In this document: positions 49,956 through 62,319 of the stretch, piece by piece
Layout of the letters: the number at the start of each line of letters is the position of its first letter
Numbering within the stretch: position 1 is the first letter of the stretch
Source: Podarcis pityusensis
Lineage: Eukaryota
Assembly: GCA_964106645.2 (NCBI GenBank)
Contig: OZ067040.1
Strand: one strand, 5' to 3'
Length of the DNA: 64,000 nt
Notes under the pieces: generated by a model
Databases searched by the model: none
What the model was told of the DNA's origin: nothing
Seen by the model: only the letters and a program-made list of their open reading frames with translations
Program-made: the position numbers and the translations under genes

Positions 49956-52589
49956 AGTACAGGAAAATCTCACCTGCAGAGCATAGTGATCAATTTATGT
50001 ATACCAGGGGTGAGATTATCCAACCTCAGGTATCTTGGTCCCAAGCTGTATAGGATTTTAAACACTAAAACCAGCACCTGTGTTGGTTTAGCCTGTGACT
50101 GACAACTGCTATAATTCTTTCAATATTGACCCTCCCCTCACCTTCCACCCACTATCTGACAACACTTCACAACAATTTGATGTGGCCAGATAGAGGGCAA
50201 AAGCTCTGCACTATCAAGTTCTGACCCCTGATCTACTGGTTCATAGACTTAATGAATTGCTTCAGTTAGTAATTAGATTCATAGATTACATTAAGAAGAG
50301 CATGACTTACTTCCAAGCACAGGATGTGTAGGTTCTGACTGTAACCCTCTAAACTTGCTGCAAGCAATAACTAATTAATTTTTTAAAATGCAATTGAACT
50401 ATAGTAGAATGGTGAAACTAACAAGCAGGGAGAAATCAAGCTGGCAAGTTTTCTAACCAGGTTGTGAAACCTGATTAGGTCCAGTGAAACTGGCTACAGC
50501 AGAGATCGAGCCTTTTAAGGTGAAATCCAAGGGACCTTCAGACTGATCTGTAATCATGTTTACTCAAATAAAAGCTCAGCTGCAATCTGGTGCTGTGCGG
50601 CAAACATTTGAAAGCAAATTATTTTTATTTTGCAATTGCGCTACTTCAAAAACTGTAAGAACCACACACAGGCACACACACAACACAGGGTGCTAAAATG
50701 GCATTGAGGAGCACAAACTATGTAGCACTGTAGTGTACATAGAAGGGTGTATGTGTCACTACCAATAAAGTGCAGAAAGAGGAACTCTGCCCACATGGCT
50801 ATGCCACACTCACAATGCAGACAGAACATAGTGAACTGAGCATACCAAAAAGCATTGCACATCCCTGAAATGTAGATAGTCAATTGCAATTAGCTTACAG
50901 CTAAGGAGCAATGATTAGCAGCACTAGGGTGCTTTCAGACCAGAGGGCTTTCATGACTCGCAACTGCAAAACAGGCACTTACAAGCTAGTCCCATCCTTT
51001 CAAGGAAGAAATCTAAGAGCTGGCAGAGAATGGTTTTCCAGCAGTTGAGGTCTTCAATAGAGGAAAGTCATTAAGTCAAGTGCAATAGATTAGTAACTTC
51101 TGCACTATCTCCATGCAAAATAAATAAAAACAAATTTGTTTGCAAAACTCGAAATCAACTTCTGGTAAGCAAAACATGTTCGTAAAATGAAGATTTAACA
51201 TGATCAATTACAGCTACATTCTGTGAAATAAACTCTAGGACTGCAATCCTATAAATACTGGCCAGGATGTAAGCTCTATTGCACACAGTGGGACTGTGTA
51301 AACATGCATAGGATTGTGCTGCAAAGTGCATTAGCCCAGTCTACTTAAGTAATACTGGATAGAGAGTACTCATCTGTGTACTTTTCCAACCAAAGCTATG
51401 AAAAAAATGATGCAAAAGACACAGAACTTGCAGGGAGAACATCTCATGAAGATCAGAAATACATCACTGTGAAGGCTGCTAGTGGTTTTTAAAAACCGAT
51501 CTTGGGTCCCTGATACACAGCACGGTTCAAAAATAAAGTTTGAAAAAGCATGCGTAAATAGAGGAAATTAACTGGAGTTTAAAGAAGGCTATCCAATAAA
51601 GCCACAAAGGAGGGAGGCTAGAAACTGGTTGAAGGTAATAATTCAGAGAAGTTAGAAAAGAAACTGGCTGTAATTCTACACACACACTTGTGGGGAGTAA
51701 ATCCCACTGAACTCAATAGGACTTACTTCTGAATAGACATGCCTAGAATTATGCTGGTGAAGGATAATAATACAGTTAGGAAAAAGTGAATCGGAAAATG
51801 TCAAATGTGACAATAATTCTGAAGGAAACTGAGTCGTCCATGTAAGTTTTATTTCTCAAGTATATTCCTAGACTTCTACCAGCATGGGAAGATACAAAAG
51901 ATGGCAGCGCCAGACACAAAATTAAAGGGAAGGGTGGAGATGTATGGATGTCATCAAGAGGCATTTGGGCTGCAACCTCATGAACAGGGAGACTTCTTGC
52001 TCACTTAAGTCACGTAGCTGTCAGCAGCACGGGCAACCTTGGTGGACTGTGAAATCACAATAAAAACAACTTGGCTCTGAAATAGGAGGAAGCCAGGGAG
52101 CAAGAAGGGCCATTAGTGCCACCTAATGGTCCAGCTGGGGATCTGCGAGTAACTCAGAAGCCACTGCTCAGGTTTCCGTTACTTTTAAACAGGGCTGACT
52201 CTAGCAGGAGGCAAAGTGAAGCATTAGATTTGGGGTACCATTGATTTTGGGCTGTGTTTTAACTACAATATGTCATTTAGATTTCCCTTCTCGGGTGCCA
52301 AAACATTGTGGGCTGACCCTGATCTTACAGAGGTTCGAAACACTGTTTGTCCTTCCACCTTCTCTTCTCTGTGTTTAGATGAAAACAGAAGGAGTTCGCT
52401 ATACAGGCTGTATAACACAGGCAGCATTTCAGTTCCATGTAGGTAAGAACATTCACAACACATGTGGATCCCACGTGTTATAGCTGCACATATTTTACTG
52501 TATATATTGGGGAGATGTGAGTGGCTGAGACCTCCTACCACACATGTGTGTGTATACACATTCTCTGCATGTACAAAATGCAGTGAGAT

Positions 52590-52780
52590 GGAATATAGGA
52601 AACTGCCTCATAGAGTCAGAGCACTGGTCCATCCAGCTTAGCAATGACTGGCAGTGGGCCTCCATCATTTCAGACAGGAATCTTCTCCAGTCTTACCTGG
52701 AGAAGCCAGAGATCGAACCTGGGACCTTCTGTTATGTCCCACATGTGTTCTCCATGGGACTAAGGTCCTTCCCCACACTT
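52590..52780 (-). mobile_element. Decayed tRNA-derived SINE (15785 family)
   Basis: gaatataggaaactgcct..gagtcaga..ggtccatccagct..gatcgaacctgggaccttct. Confidence 0.65.
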
Positions 52781-52902
52781 TCGCTTTAGGATAGAGTGAA
52801 ATTTGCTCCAATCAATATGAATTCAAGTCTCTTGGTCCAAAAGTATTGCAGAGCCTTCACAATGGTAAGCCTAAATATGTGCTTCCCTCAGCAATTTGGG
52901 GG

Positions 52903-53392
52903 GTTGTTGTTGTTTAGTCCGACTCTTCGTGACCCCATGGACCAGAGCACGCCAGGCACTCCTGTCTTCCACTGCCTCCCGCAGTTTGGTCAAACTCATG
53001 CTGGTAGCTTTGAGAACACTGTCCAACCATCTCGTCCTCTGTCATCCCCTTCTCCTTGTGCCCTCAATCTTTCCCAATATCAGGGTCTTTTCCAGGGAGT
53101 CTTCTCTTCTCAGGAGGTGGCCAAAGTATTGGAGCCTCAGCTTCACAATCTGTCCTTCCAGTGAGCACTCAGGGCTGATTTCCTTAAGAATGGAGAGGTT
53201 TGATCTTCTTGCAGTCCATGGGACTCTCAAGAGTCTCCTCCAGCACCATAATTCAAAAGCATCCATTCTTCGGCGATCAGCCTTCTTTATGGTCCAGCTC
53301 TCACTTCCATACATCACTACTGGGAAAACCATAGCTTTAACTATACGGACCTTTGTTGGCAAGGTGATGTCTCTGCTTTTTAAGATGCTGCC
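52903..53392 (-). mobile_element. BovB (RTE) LINE 3' fragment with TSD
   Basis: [48 protein letters not shown]..; (TTG)n tail; TSD TTTGGGGG at 52895-52902 and 53393-53400. Confidence 0.95.
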
Positions 53393-53548
53393 TTTGGGGG
53401 AGATATGCTTAAATGGGAAGAGAGTCTGAATGCAAGTGCCCCTATAACTCTGGAAAGTTCAAATCTATTGAACCCCTTTTTATTAATTTCCAGAATGATC
53501 AGATGCATTTTACGTCCTTTTAACTCCTTTCGGATCAAAATGCATCTA

Positions 53549-53827
53549 CAGTGGAACCTCGACTTACATCCGCCTCTTCTCGCGGACGTTCCAAGTTGCA
53601 ACCACGGCAACCCGGAAGTATACACCAGGCTTGCCACAATTTGCACATGCGCAGAAGCAGCTTCTGCCATCTGCACGTGCGCACAAGTGGCTGCCACTGT
53701 CTACGCATGCGCAGAAACGCGCTGTCGCCGAATGCACATGCGCACAATGGCGCCTCTACTAGCATCTGGTTTTGCCCAGCGGACGGGCCTCCGGAATAGA
53801 TTATGATCATAAGTAGAGGTTCCACTG
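53549..53827. mobile_element. Tc1/mariner MITE with internal ~30-bp tandem units
   Basis: TA-CAGTGGAACCTC...GAGGTTCCACTG-TA; four internal GCAC(A/G)TGCGCA-like units. Confidence 0.85.
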
Positions 53828-54017
53828 TATTGCTTTCAGTGTGGCCTATTTTAGTTTATTTTATGTTACTTTTATTGATTTTATTTTACCCTATTATACA
53901 CATTTGGATAATGTGTTCTACATGGTTCGTGTTTATTTATTTCTTGCTTTCTTAATCCTGGTCATTGGCTGTAACAATAAAGATTTGATTCGATGGATCC
54001 AAGTCCTTCAGACTTAC

Positions 54018-54078
54018 CACTGGTGACTCTCAGCACTTGATGGATCCAGGTTTACAGCATTTTCACTCACAAGCTTTC
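54018..54078 (-). CDS. RMDN2: RMDN2 coding exon 4 ((G)KLVSENAVNLDPSSAESHQ(W))
   Basis: CAG/GTAAGT borders, 61 nt, phase 1/2. Confidence 0.92.
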
Positions 54079-54182
54079 CTGCAAAAGATGCATCACAGAA
54101 CATAAAAGTACTATTCATGATATAACAATAAACCTGACCATATTAGCTGACGAACTTGCTATGCAATATAAAGATAACAATA

Positions 54183-54418
54183 CAGATGTACCTTCAAAGT
54201 CGAACGGAATCTGTTCTGGAAGTCCGTTCGACTTCCAAAACATTCGACTTCCAAGGCGCAGCTTCCGATTGGCTGCAGAATCGGAAGCTGCGGAAGCCGT
54301 GCCAGACATTTGGCTTCTGAAAATCATTCGAAAATCGGAACAATCACTTCCAGTTTTCAATCGTTCGGGAGTTGAAACATTCGAGTTTACAGGCGTTCGG
54401 CTTCCATGGTTCCACCAT
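54183..54418. mobile_element. Decayed Tc1/mariner-type MITE
   Basis: ta-cagatgtaccttc ... ggttccaccata ends; internal gttcgacttcc / ttcg repeats. Confidence 0.6.
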
Positions 54419-54811
54419 AGTTAGTTATAGTTTGTGAGCCACCCTGTGATCTTTGGATGAGGGGCGGTATATAAATTTAATAAAATAATAATAATTAATG
54501 GACAATGTTGAACTTTATAAAGCCAGTTCAAAGGTTAACTGGCTTAAAACGATTATCACTAATCCTAACCATGTTTGCCCTGAAACAAGTCTCAGTTATT
54601 TTAGTGGGACATGGGTAACCATGTCTAGAACTGTGTCTAGTAACTGAAAAGCAACCCAGGTATGAAGAGAAAACTCCTATCATGATAGTTTTTTAAAAGG
54701 ATTGGTGCTCAGCCCTTCTGCTGGCTCCAGTATCCCCCAAGTGAAACACAGGGCTGGAGCAGGGGAACCTAATCCTCTGGTATTATAAACTCAGTACATA
54801 ACTCAGCTGAC

Positions 54812-54914
54812 CTTTGGATGCATAGTCCTTTTTTTCTTCAGCCTCTGTGGTTATTGCAAACATGTCTCCATAAGCTCGGGCAAGCCTCCAAAGAAAGCCA
54901 GTATGATTTCTATA
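54812..54914 (-). CDS. RMDN2: RMDN2 coding exon 3 ([34 protein letters not shown])
   Basis: CAG/GTCAG borders, 103 nt; [11 protein letters not shown] hallmark. Confidence 0.95.
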
Positions 54915-55480
54915 CTGCAGATAAACAGAATTTGATAAACAGATAAACAGAATTTGAATACATTAGATTGCCTTCACCACATATTTCTTTTGCCATAATT
55001 AAAATGCTTGTTATGCTAGCCCTCACTTTTTATTCTGCACATATTAAAGCTTATTGTATTCTAATTCATTCTATTCAGCCACTGATTTCTTTTGTTGGTC
55101 TTTCCAGATACTTCTGAGGAACAACAAATAGGGCTTTGAAATAAACAGCCACTGCAAATCAATAATTTTTTCCAGTTACCCTCCAACAAAGTGGAGAGTT
55201 GTTGCTAGTTTGTTGTGCAGAATCCAGGTGCCTTCTGCTGAAGTAGAGATTATGCTGCAGGAATGTCACATTTGTTTAGTGTTCCAGCCACAACATTTTG
55301 TGGCTGAGAAAATCTAATTCTTCTATCAGAGCAAGGACTGAGTTGTAATCATACCCTGTGGCACCTTCTGCGATACCTCCTTTAATTTTAACATTACATA
55401 AACATTTAAGAGAATGACATATAGCGTACTGAATTATAGCTTTTAGTATGAAATGTTTGCATGGCATGGACCCTTTATAC

Positions 55481-55676
55481 CTTTTCCTCATTTTCAAGCA
55501 GCAGTTTGAAGCTCTCCCTTTTCTCATTGTCTGAACCATAATGCAACCTGTCCGCATTCTGTAGAAGATTAAATAATTCTATCTTCTCTTCAGGTGCCAG
55601 AGGAGATGTGGAAGAACTGATCCATCCTTTTTCTTCCTCAGATTCACCTTCAGTGTCAGTATGAGCTGTAATGTAG
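55481..55676 (-). CDS. RMDN2: RMDN2 coding exon 2 (YITAHTDTE...LLLENEEK)
   Basis: TAG/GTATA borders, 196 nt, phase 2/0; FFAT-like GYITA. Confidence 0.93.
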
Positions 55677-57297
55677 CTAAAACACAAAGGGTTTTGTGGG
55701 TGGGAATAGCTTAACTTCTCCTAAAGGCGACAAAAGCCAGCAGTCTTAGCAACTTTAACAATTTTACCAGTTATGCCATCTTAAGAAAGTTGCTCAGTTA
55801 ATGTAAATTAGAGAAAGAGAGAGAGAGAAGAAGCCATACTTTGTAATATCAATTGTGCTTTTGCAGAATACAGGCAACTCCCCATTTACACAGGGGTTGG
55901 GTTCTGAGGCACTGCATGTATAAGTATTCTTCTAACTGCTAAAGTATCTACTGTATACCACTGTATACAGCTTTTACTGTATACCACTATTAAAAACCAA
56001 TTTTTCATTGTTACCTTCTATGCACCCACTGGGTTTTTAAAGCAGCATTTTCCCAATGTCAAAACAGCATACTACTTCGGACACTGACCGAATTCAGTGA
56101 AACTTAAGTCTGAATGCAGTGAAATGTTAACGATAAGCATTTTTCAAAGCATACTACCCACTCCTTTTGTTTCTGGTGCAATATTTATGCTTTAAATTAG
56201 AGAGCAAAAGAGATTTCACTTGTTGAAAGCTACCAACTGAAAGTGTTTTAAGACCCTGAGCAATAGCAAAGATAGAAATTTACTATGTGGGATTACAGGT
56301 TCCTTCATGATACCATCTACTTTGCTGCTAGCAGCATTTCGGCACCACATCAAATACCCTTCCAGGGTTATAGGCATAGCGATCAATGTTGCTCACCAAG
56401 ACCTTGAGATGAGGAAAGTTATCGCTTTCCTGCCAACGAAAACAGTTCCAGGCTTAAAAAACAAAAACATTCTGTCAAGGCCTTGTTCTCACAAGGTTGA
56501 AAAATTTGTAATGGATATTACAATATTTGCTGTACAAATAAAAATTAACGCATCAAGACGTTTTCATATGATGCATCGAGTACTTATTCTTGGAGTTCTT
56601 ATTAAGTTTGCAACAATTTTGAGTGGGCTCCCCCCCCCCGCATGCCATAAGTACCACTTATTAGCTTCTGCAAATGCTAGACAAAATCAAGTCAAGACAG
56701 GGAGTGGGAAAGTGAGGAGACAGTGTAATTCATAGTTTATCTTCCCAGCTTAGATTACAAACAAAGGAAGGTCATATATGTCAAGAGGACACTTCTAGGC
56801 AAACCAAAACCTCTGCACCTTGAATTTGGGCTGGTTTTCATCTATGCAGGTATGGCAGGGTCTCAATGCTCTCCACACTTCTGGGGGATCCCAAGAGAGC
56901 CACAAGGAAGGGAAAGGGTTTGGGGGTGGTGGTAGGGGAATGTAGCCACTGAATGAAGTTAGCTGGGAGTTCTCCATTTCCTTCCCCCTCTGCCTGTGAA
57001 TTCTAGTCAGTGCTCTGAAGAATTAGCGCATAGAACACCAACAGACTGAAATATATATTTAAAAACTAACCAAGCAACTTGAGCAAGGAAAACATTTTAC
57101 AATCAGCATTTCAGTTGCCTGCTTTTCTTTTCTGTAATTTATACATAAAACATTAAAGGTTGTCACCTGTATGGATCATTCCAATATTTGTTTGGTGTAA
57201 TGCAAGTTAAAAACTGACACCACCAGTCACTCATCCATATATTGTGTACTGTACAAAAAAATGCTCCCACAAAGATAAAAGCGGTGACCTTCATATG

Positions 57298-57315
57298 ATT
57301 GCCCTCTAGTGGCCA
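57298..57315 (-). promoter_or_regulatory. CTCF-like motif (best match in window)
   Basis: Minus strand TGGCCACTAGAGGGCAAT. Confidence 0.65.
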
Positions 57316-57577
57316 ATTCTCAGACCGGTCCTATTGAAACATGATGCATTGGAGGAGAACGTCAAGAGTGCAAGAAGTTTTGTAAGGAGGACTATTAGAA
57401 ATATTGCAAGAAAGACTATGAGGAGAATTATTTGTTAATGACAATTAAGAGTAATAGAGAATATAAGAAATACAGAATAAGTGATAAAGAACGAAAAATC
57501 ATCAGAGGTGTTGACGGAAGTCTAAAACATTGCATAAGATAAGAAGTTACGTTATATGACTTTTGGAAATGATATGT

Positions 57578-57713
57578 NNNNNNNNNNNNNNNNNNNNNNN
57601 NNNNNNNNNNNNNNNNNNNNNNNNNNNNNNNNNNNNNNNNNNNNNNNNNNNNNNNNNNNNNNNNNNNNNNNNNNNNNNNNNNNNNNNNNNNNNNNNNNNN
57701 NNNNNNNNNNNNN
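57578..57713. other. Assembly gap (136 N)
   Basis: Run of N. Confidence 0.99.
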
Positions 57714-57870
57714 CAAAAAAGGTCCAGAGGGCGGCAATACTAGGATGGGCCTTTTCTGCAGTGGCTCCCTGTTTGTGGAATGCTCTCCCCAGGGAGGTTC
57801 ACCTGCCACCTTCATTACATATCTTTAGGTGCCAAACAAAAACTTTTCTCTATATTTAGGCCTTTGGCTG
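57714..57870 (+). mobile_element. L2 LINE 3' fragment
   Basis: gggccttttctgcagtggctccctgtttgtggaatgctctccccagggagg (AFSAVAPCLWNALPREV). Confidence 0.75.
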
Positions 57871-58004
57871 ATTAAATTGTGATTTAATTTAATCTATTTT
57901 CTGATTTAATTAAAATTGCCTTTTAAATTGTGTGTGAGGATATTGTTCGGTTTGTTATTATGTTATGTATTTTTATACTGAAAACTACCCTGTGACCATC
58001 AGGT

Positions 58005-58073
58005 GAATGAATGAATGAATGAATGAACAAAAAAATGAGCAAGCAAGCAAGCAAGCAAGCAAACAAACAAACA
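58005..58073. repeat. (GAAT)n/(GCAA)n/(CAAA)n microsatellites
   Basis: Directly visible. Confidence 0.9.
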
Positions 58074-59495
58074 GTAAATTGAATCCACTTACTCTGAAGC
58101 AAATCCAGCAAAGAGAGGGCAGAATAAGGAGTCTTGGCAAATATGTTTCTAGAGCTGTCACAAGCCACTCTCGCTACTCAAATATTAGCACTTATTTGAT
58201 AAATAATTGCACAGAAACAACAATATAATGTATCTAGGCAAATACTACATTATTAGCTTGGTTATGACACAATTATAAGCATGCACAGAAACTTTGTTAT
58301 CTAAATTGAGGCTGTCTTTTTTGTGTTCCATTGAAATTAAGAGCTACTTCACAATCTCTTCTCCCAGAGGTTATTATTAAGTGGGTCTGCTTTGTTATGA
58401 TTTTTTGGGGTTTGTTTTGCTATGTTTCATTACCTTTTCCCTTCTTACTAAAGTTGTACTGATCAATGGAAACTGCCTTGGTGTGACAAGGTGGGAAGGC
58501 ACAGCTTATGCCTTCTATTAAATACATAATACATAGTACATAGTACATCAACATGCACCTACAACACCAGATATGACAGTCTGGTGGATATTTTTCTGAG
58601 TGAAATTTCTGGCACAGGCACACTGCTGTAGATTTAAATTTTATAGTGAATTGGAATTAACTAAACCATTTCCAGGCAACGTCAGCACTGGAAAGTGATA
58701 CAGGAGCGATCCAGTATTAGATATTATCGACAGAAGTGCCAACACAAAAGCAGAAGGGATAATGTTTCACCAAAGGAATTGTATTTTCCATTGTTAACAA
58801 CTCTTAAGATGGGAGGAGACCAAGAAGTGCAAGTTCTACTCAGCTGCAATGCTAAAGGTTTCTGGAGTTGAAGCAAACCAAGGAGCGCAACTAGTGCGTA
58901 ATATTTGAAAACAATCATACAAAAGCCAAACTGAGGGCGAGTTTGCAAGAGCAAAGGCAATACATCCCTTTGCCATAGGCTTTCCTAAAATATACTGATA
59001 TTTGAAAGGTTTTGGGCTACTTCATGCAATGCAAGCTGGCTGGATTTCTTGGTTGCTCTGAGTTGCCTTGGGCAAGATAAAGCAACTAACAAATGTAATA
59101 AATAATAATAGTACTAATAAAATGTTGAGAATGCAGCTTACCTGCCACTGATTTCCAATATTGCTTCCCCCCTGCCTTGGGGTGGGCAGCTAGCTCAGGT
59201 TTAAAACCAAACACTTCCCACCACAGCTTCACCTGAAACGACTGAGCCTCAGACTCGTACCCCACTCCCATTTTCCTTCAGCAATGCCACAGAGATCAGA
59301 AACATTTGTTTCTGTTTCCAATGGCAAATTGCCATTATAACTGAACCAGGAGCTGCTGTTTGGATAACTACAGGTAAAGCTAACAAGCCATGATCTAGAG
59401 AGTGGATTTGCAAATTACTTACACTCAAAATAGTGATATATATATATATATATTTAGAGGGTTGGATAGACCTGAAATAATTCATAAATACCTAC

Positions 59496-59950
59496 CCGCC
59501 TTCACTTTCTGCTTCTTCAGAACTGTTGGTATCTGACACACCTTTGCCAATCTCAGTCTTCCTCTTCTTTGTTCCTCTGTGCAAAGGGCTGCTCCTGCGA
59601 GAATCTGTTCTCCCCTGGAGTTCATCCCGGACAAGTTCTTCCAACTTTGGAATTGCTTCTCTCAGAAATGTTACTTCTCTCTTAAGTTCTTCCACAGTTG
59701 CTATTAAACCATTCATTTTTTCCAGTACCTGAAGCTGCCTTCCTTGCAATAGCATCACAGTTCCTTGTTCATTATGAGTTTCATGTGGAAAATTTACCAA
59801 GTCAAAACTGCCCTCTGAATTCAAAAAGGGAGGCAAGTACATGACTTTACTGCATTTCTGTGTCTTTCGATACCAAATGAGGCCCAAGGTTATTCCAGCA
59901 GCCCCTGCCATTAGGCCAAATAATATTTTTTTGCTTTCGGAATAAGGCAT
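59496..59950 (-). CDS. RMDN2: RMDN2 (regulator of microtubule dynamics 2, FAM82A1) first coding exon
   Basis: Acceptor catttcag, exon starts at 59962; MPYSESKKILFGLMAGAAGITLGLIWY N-terminal TM; coiled coil QLQVLEKMNGL..EELKRE; ends SSEEAESEG(G)|GTAGGT; total CDS 1257 nt = 418 aa. Confidence 0.95.
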
Positions 59951-60995
59951 GATTTTTCTCTTCTGAAATGATATAAAAGCCATAAGAAAACTGGGTTTAC
60001 AACGTTGCATGTGAAATTCCTGGCTACTGCAATGTAGGCTATAGAGAGATGACAGCTTCATTTACAAACCAGTTATACAGGGATTCTTGGTTAAGAGGCA
60101 CTTAGGTCACAACCCAGAACATGCTTGCATAGAAATAAATGTGGGACAGCTTCATATGACAATTGCATAATGGGGCTGTTTTGCATTCTAAGCAATGTTT
60201 GTATTGTTCGAAACCAATCCGGGTTTTGAAGAACAATCCATTTGAACTTTGCCCTTATTGTTGCATGGTACTACCAAGCAAAAACTCAGCATATCTTTAG
60301 TATTTGTTTTGCATCATCCTCATCAGTTTCATCATCACTCCTGATCCACTCCCAAGCTAGCAATTATTTTAGTTCCATATTAAAGACATGTGCCATTCCG
60401 GTTGGCTTTCAGAGTTCAGCTAGCAAATAGACAAGAAAATCAATAGTATAATTGGTGAGCACCAGGCAACATGATTAAGTGCACTTGATTTTGCTCAGAA
60501 GTGTGGCTCGCGTTTCTATTGTCTTTTAATACCTGCATTCTCTGCCCTGAGCCTTTGGGATGCAGTCTGCTACAAAACTAATATATAATTGAAAAGTCAG
60601 AGGGAACCCAAGGCTCAGCATGCCTGAGAAAAACACGACAACTGAACAGTCCCGCCTTCTACATGCCAATTTTGTTGGAAACCGATGAGATCTACTTCCA
60701 ATAAACTCTGGTTTTTATTTGGGAGAGTCACAGAGGCAGCTGGCATTGGAGAAACTGGGCAACTGTGAAGGCTGACCTCTGTAACTAGATAGCAGTTGCG
60801 CAGTTTCAGCAAACTCTGGAAGTAAATGATTGTCGATGAGGAGTGAAATGATAACAGCTCATGGGGATACTTGCACGCACAGCACCCATTTAAACCACAC
60901 ACAAATCCTGAGAACTGTAGTTTCTAAAGGGTGCTGGGGACTGTAGCTCTGGGATAGGAAAACTAAAGTTCCCAGAATTTGGGGGGCGGCGGCGT

Positions 60996-61308
60996 CAGGG
61001 CCGGCTTTAGGTTTGATGAGGCCCTAAGCTACTAAAGGTAATGGGGCCCTTTATATGTCCAGCTGTCCTTTGTCAACAACAAATTGTCCCTGTTTTTTGT
61101 GTTGAATATATGCTATATGGCAAGTTATGGACCTAACAGGTATCTAAAGCCATTTGCACATAACAAAATATGCATTTTATCAAACTAATTGTTGAACTGA
61201 AATACAATTAAGAAGAAGTATATTAATAGTGGAAATTTTTTAGTGGGGCCCCAAGAGAGTGGGGCCCTAAGCTATAGCTTGTTTAGCTTATACGTAAATC
61301 TGGCACGG
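60996..61308. mobile_element. hAT-type non-autonomous element nested in an older palindromic MITE (about 60890-61330)
   Basis: Ends CAGGGCCGGCTTTA / TAAATCTGGCACGG; repeated ggggccc(t/c)aag subterminal motifs; flanked by gaactgtagttt..aactaaagttcccag relic. Confidence 0.7.
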
Positions 61309-61319
61309 GGGGAGATGTG

Positions 61320-61975
61320 CTTCAAACCCGGGGGGGTGCGTGCAGCCTTCTTGCAAACAAACAGCCCTCGCGAGGAAGTAGGAACTGACCTGGGCAGTCG
61401 CTTCGCCTCCCTTGAGCAAGCAGCCGGCAAACAGGCAGGACCTGAACCGAGCCCCAGAGGAAGCTGGGGAGAATGACCCTCAGGTGTCCCACACACCCAG
61501 TTCCTCCTTGGAGCGCCGCGGGCACCTGCGCAGGGGTTTGCAGCGTCAGCTCTTCTTCCGCGCCAAGGCAGCCCCCCGGCGAGGCTGCTTCAGCTGATTC
61601 CAAGTTGCTGCCTCAACCTCCTTCGCTCCGCCGGCTACCCGAGCCGTCACAGAAAAGAGGCGGCGTCCGCAGCTCAATGGGCGGTCCCAGATGCCGAGAC
61701 CCGGATATTGGTGGGCGGGCGCCCTACCTGCTTCCCCGCGTCGGGGGCGGCGCGCTGTGCGCAAGCTTTTCCCTGCCGCCCAGCTGGAGGGCGGGAGAAA
61801 CGGCGGGCATGGTGGTCACAAGCAGCCTATCCTTCCGGTTCTTGAAGGTTTCCCCTCAGGGTTCGTCCCAGGAAAGCAGCGGCCCGCCAGATGTTCGCTA
61901 GACTACAACTCCCATCATCCATGACCATTGGCCGTGCTGGCTGCGGCTGATGGGAGTTGGAGTCCAAATATTGGA
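61320..61975 (-). promoter_or_regulatory. RMDN2: RMDN2 CpG-island promoter and probable non-coding exon 1 (donor at 61728/61727)
   Basis: CpG-rich; minus-strand CAG|GTAGGG; GC boxes near 61713 and 61789; ETS-like CTTCCGG near 61832; ACTACAACTCCCA at 61902-61914. Confidence 0.7.
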
Positions 61976-62319
61976 GAAACTTGTCCAGTCCCCTCAGATG
62001 CAGCCGATGTCTTGTGTTGTTGTTTTTGTCAGTGTCCTGGGTTAAGCATTTCCCCTATTTTTGCTGCCGGGAGTTGCCTTGAGAAAACTGTGTTCAGGGT
62101 GAGTTGCCAGCGAGATCATTCTTTTGCGCTCTTCTGCGTCTTGTTCAGGAGGTCTGATCCTGTGCAGGTCTATTCAGAGCAATTTCCCCCATGTTCAGTG
62201 AGGCGAACTCCCAGGTAACCTGTGCCCACTTACCTGAGAGTAAGCCCCGTTGAACTTCGAGGGACTTCCTTCCGAGTAGACCTACACGGGATCGTGTGGT
62301 TTAACTTGTTAATTGTTAT

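Noticed and set aside
59951-60061. Upstream Met codons extending RMDN2
   Set aside because: They lie in the intron before the acceptor at 59963-59964; similarity to RMDN2 begins at MPYS
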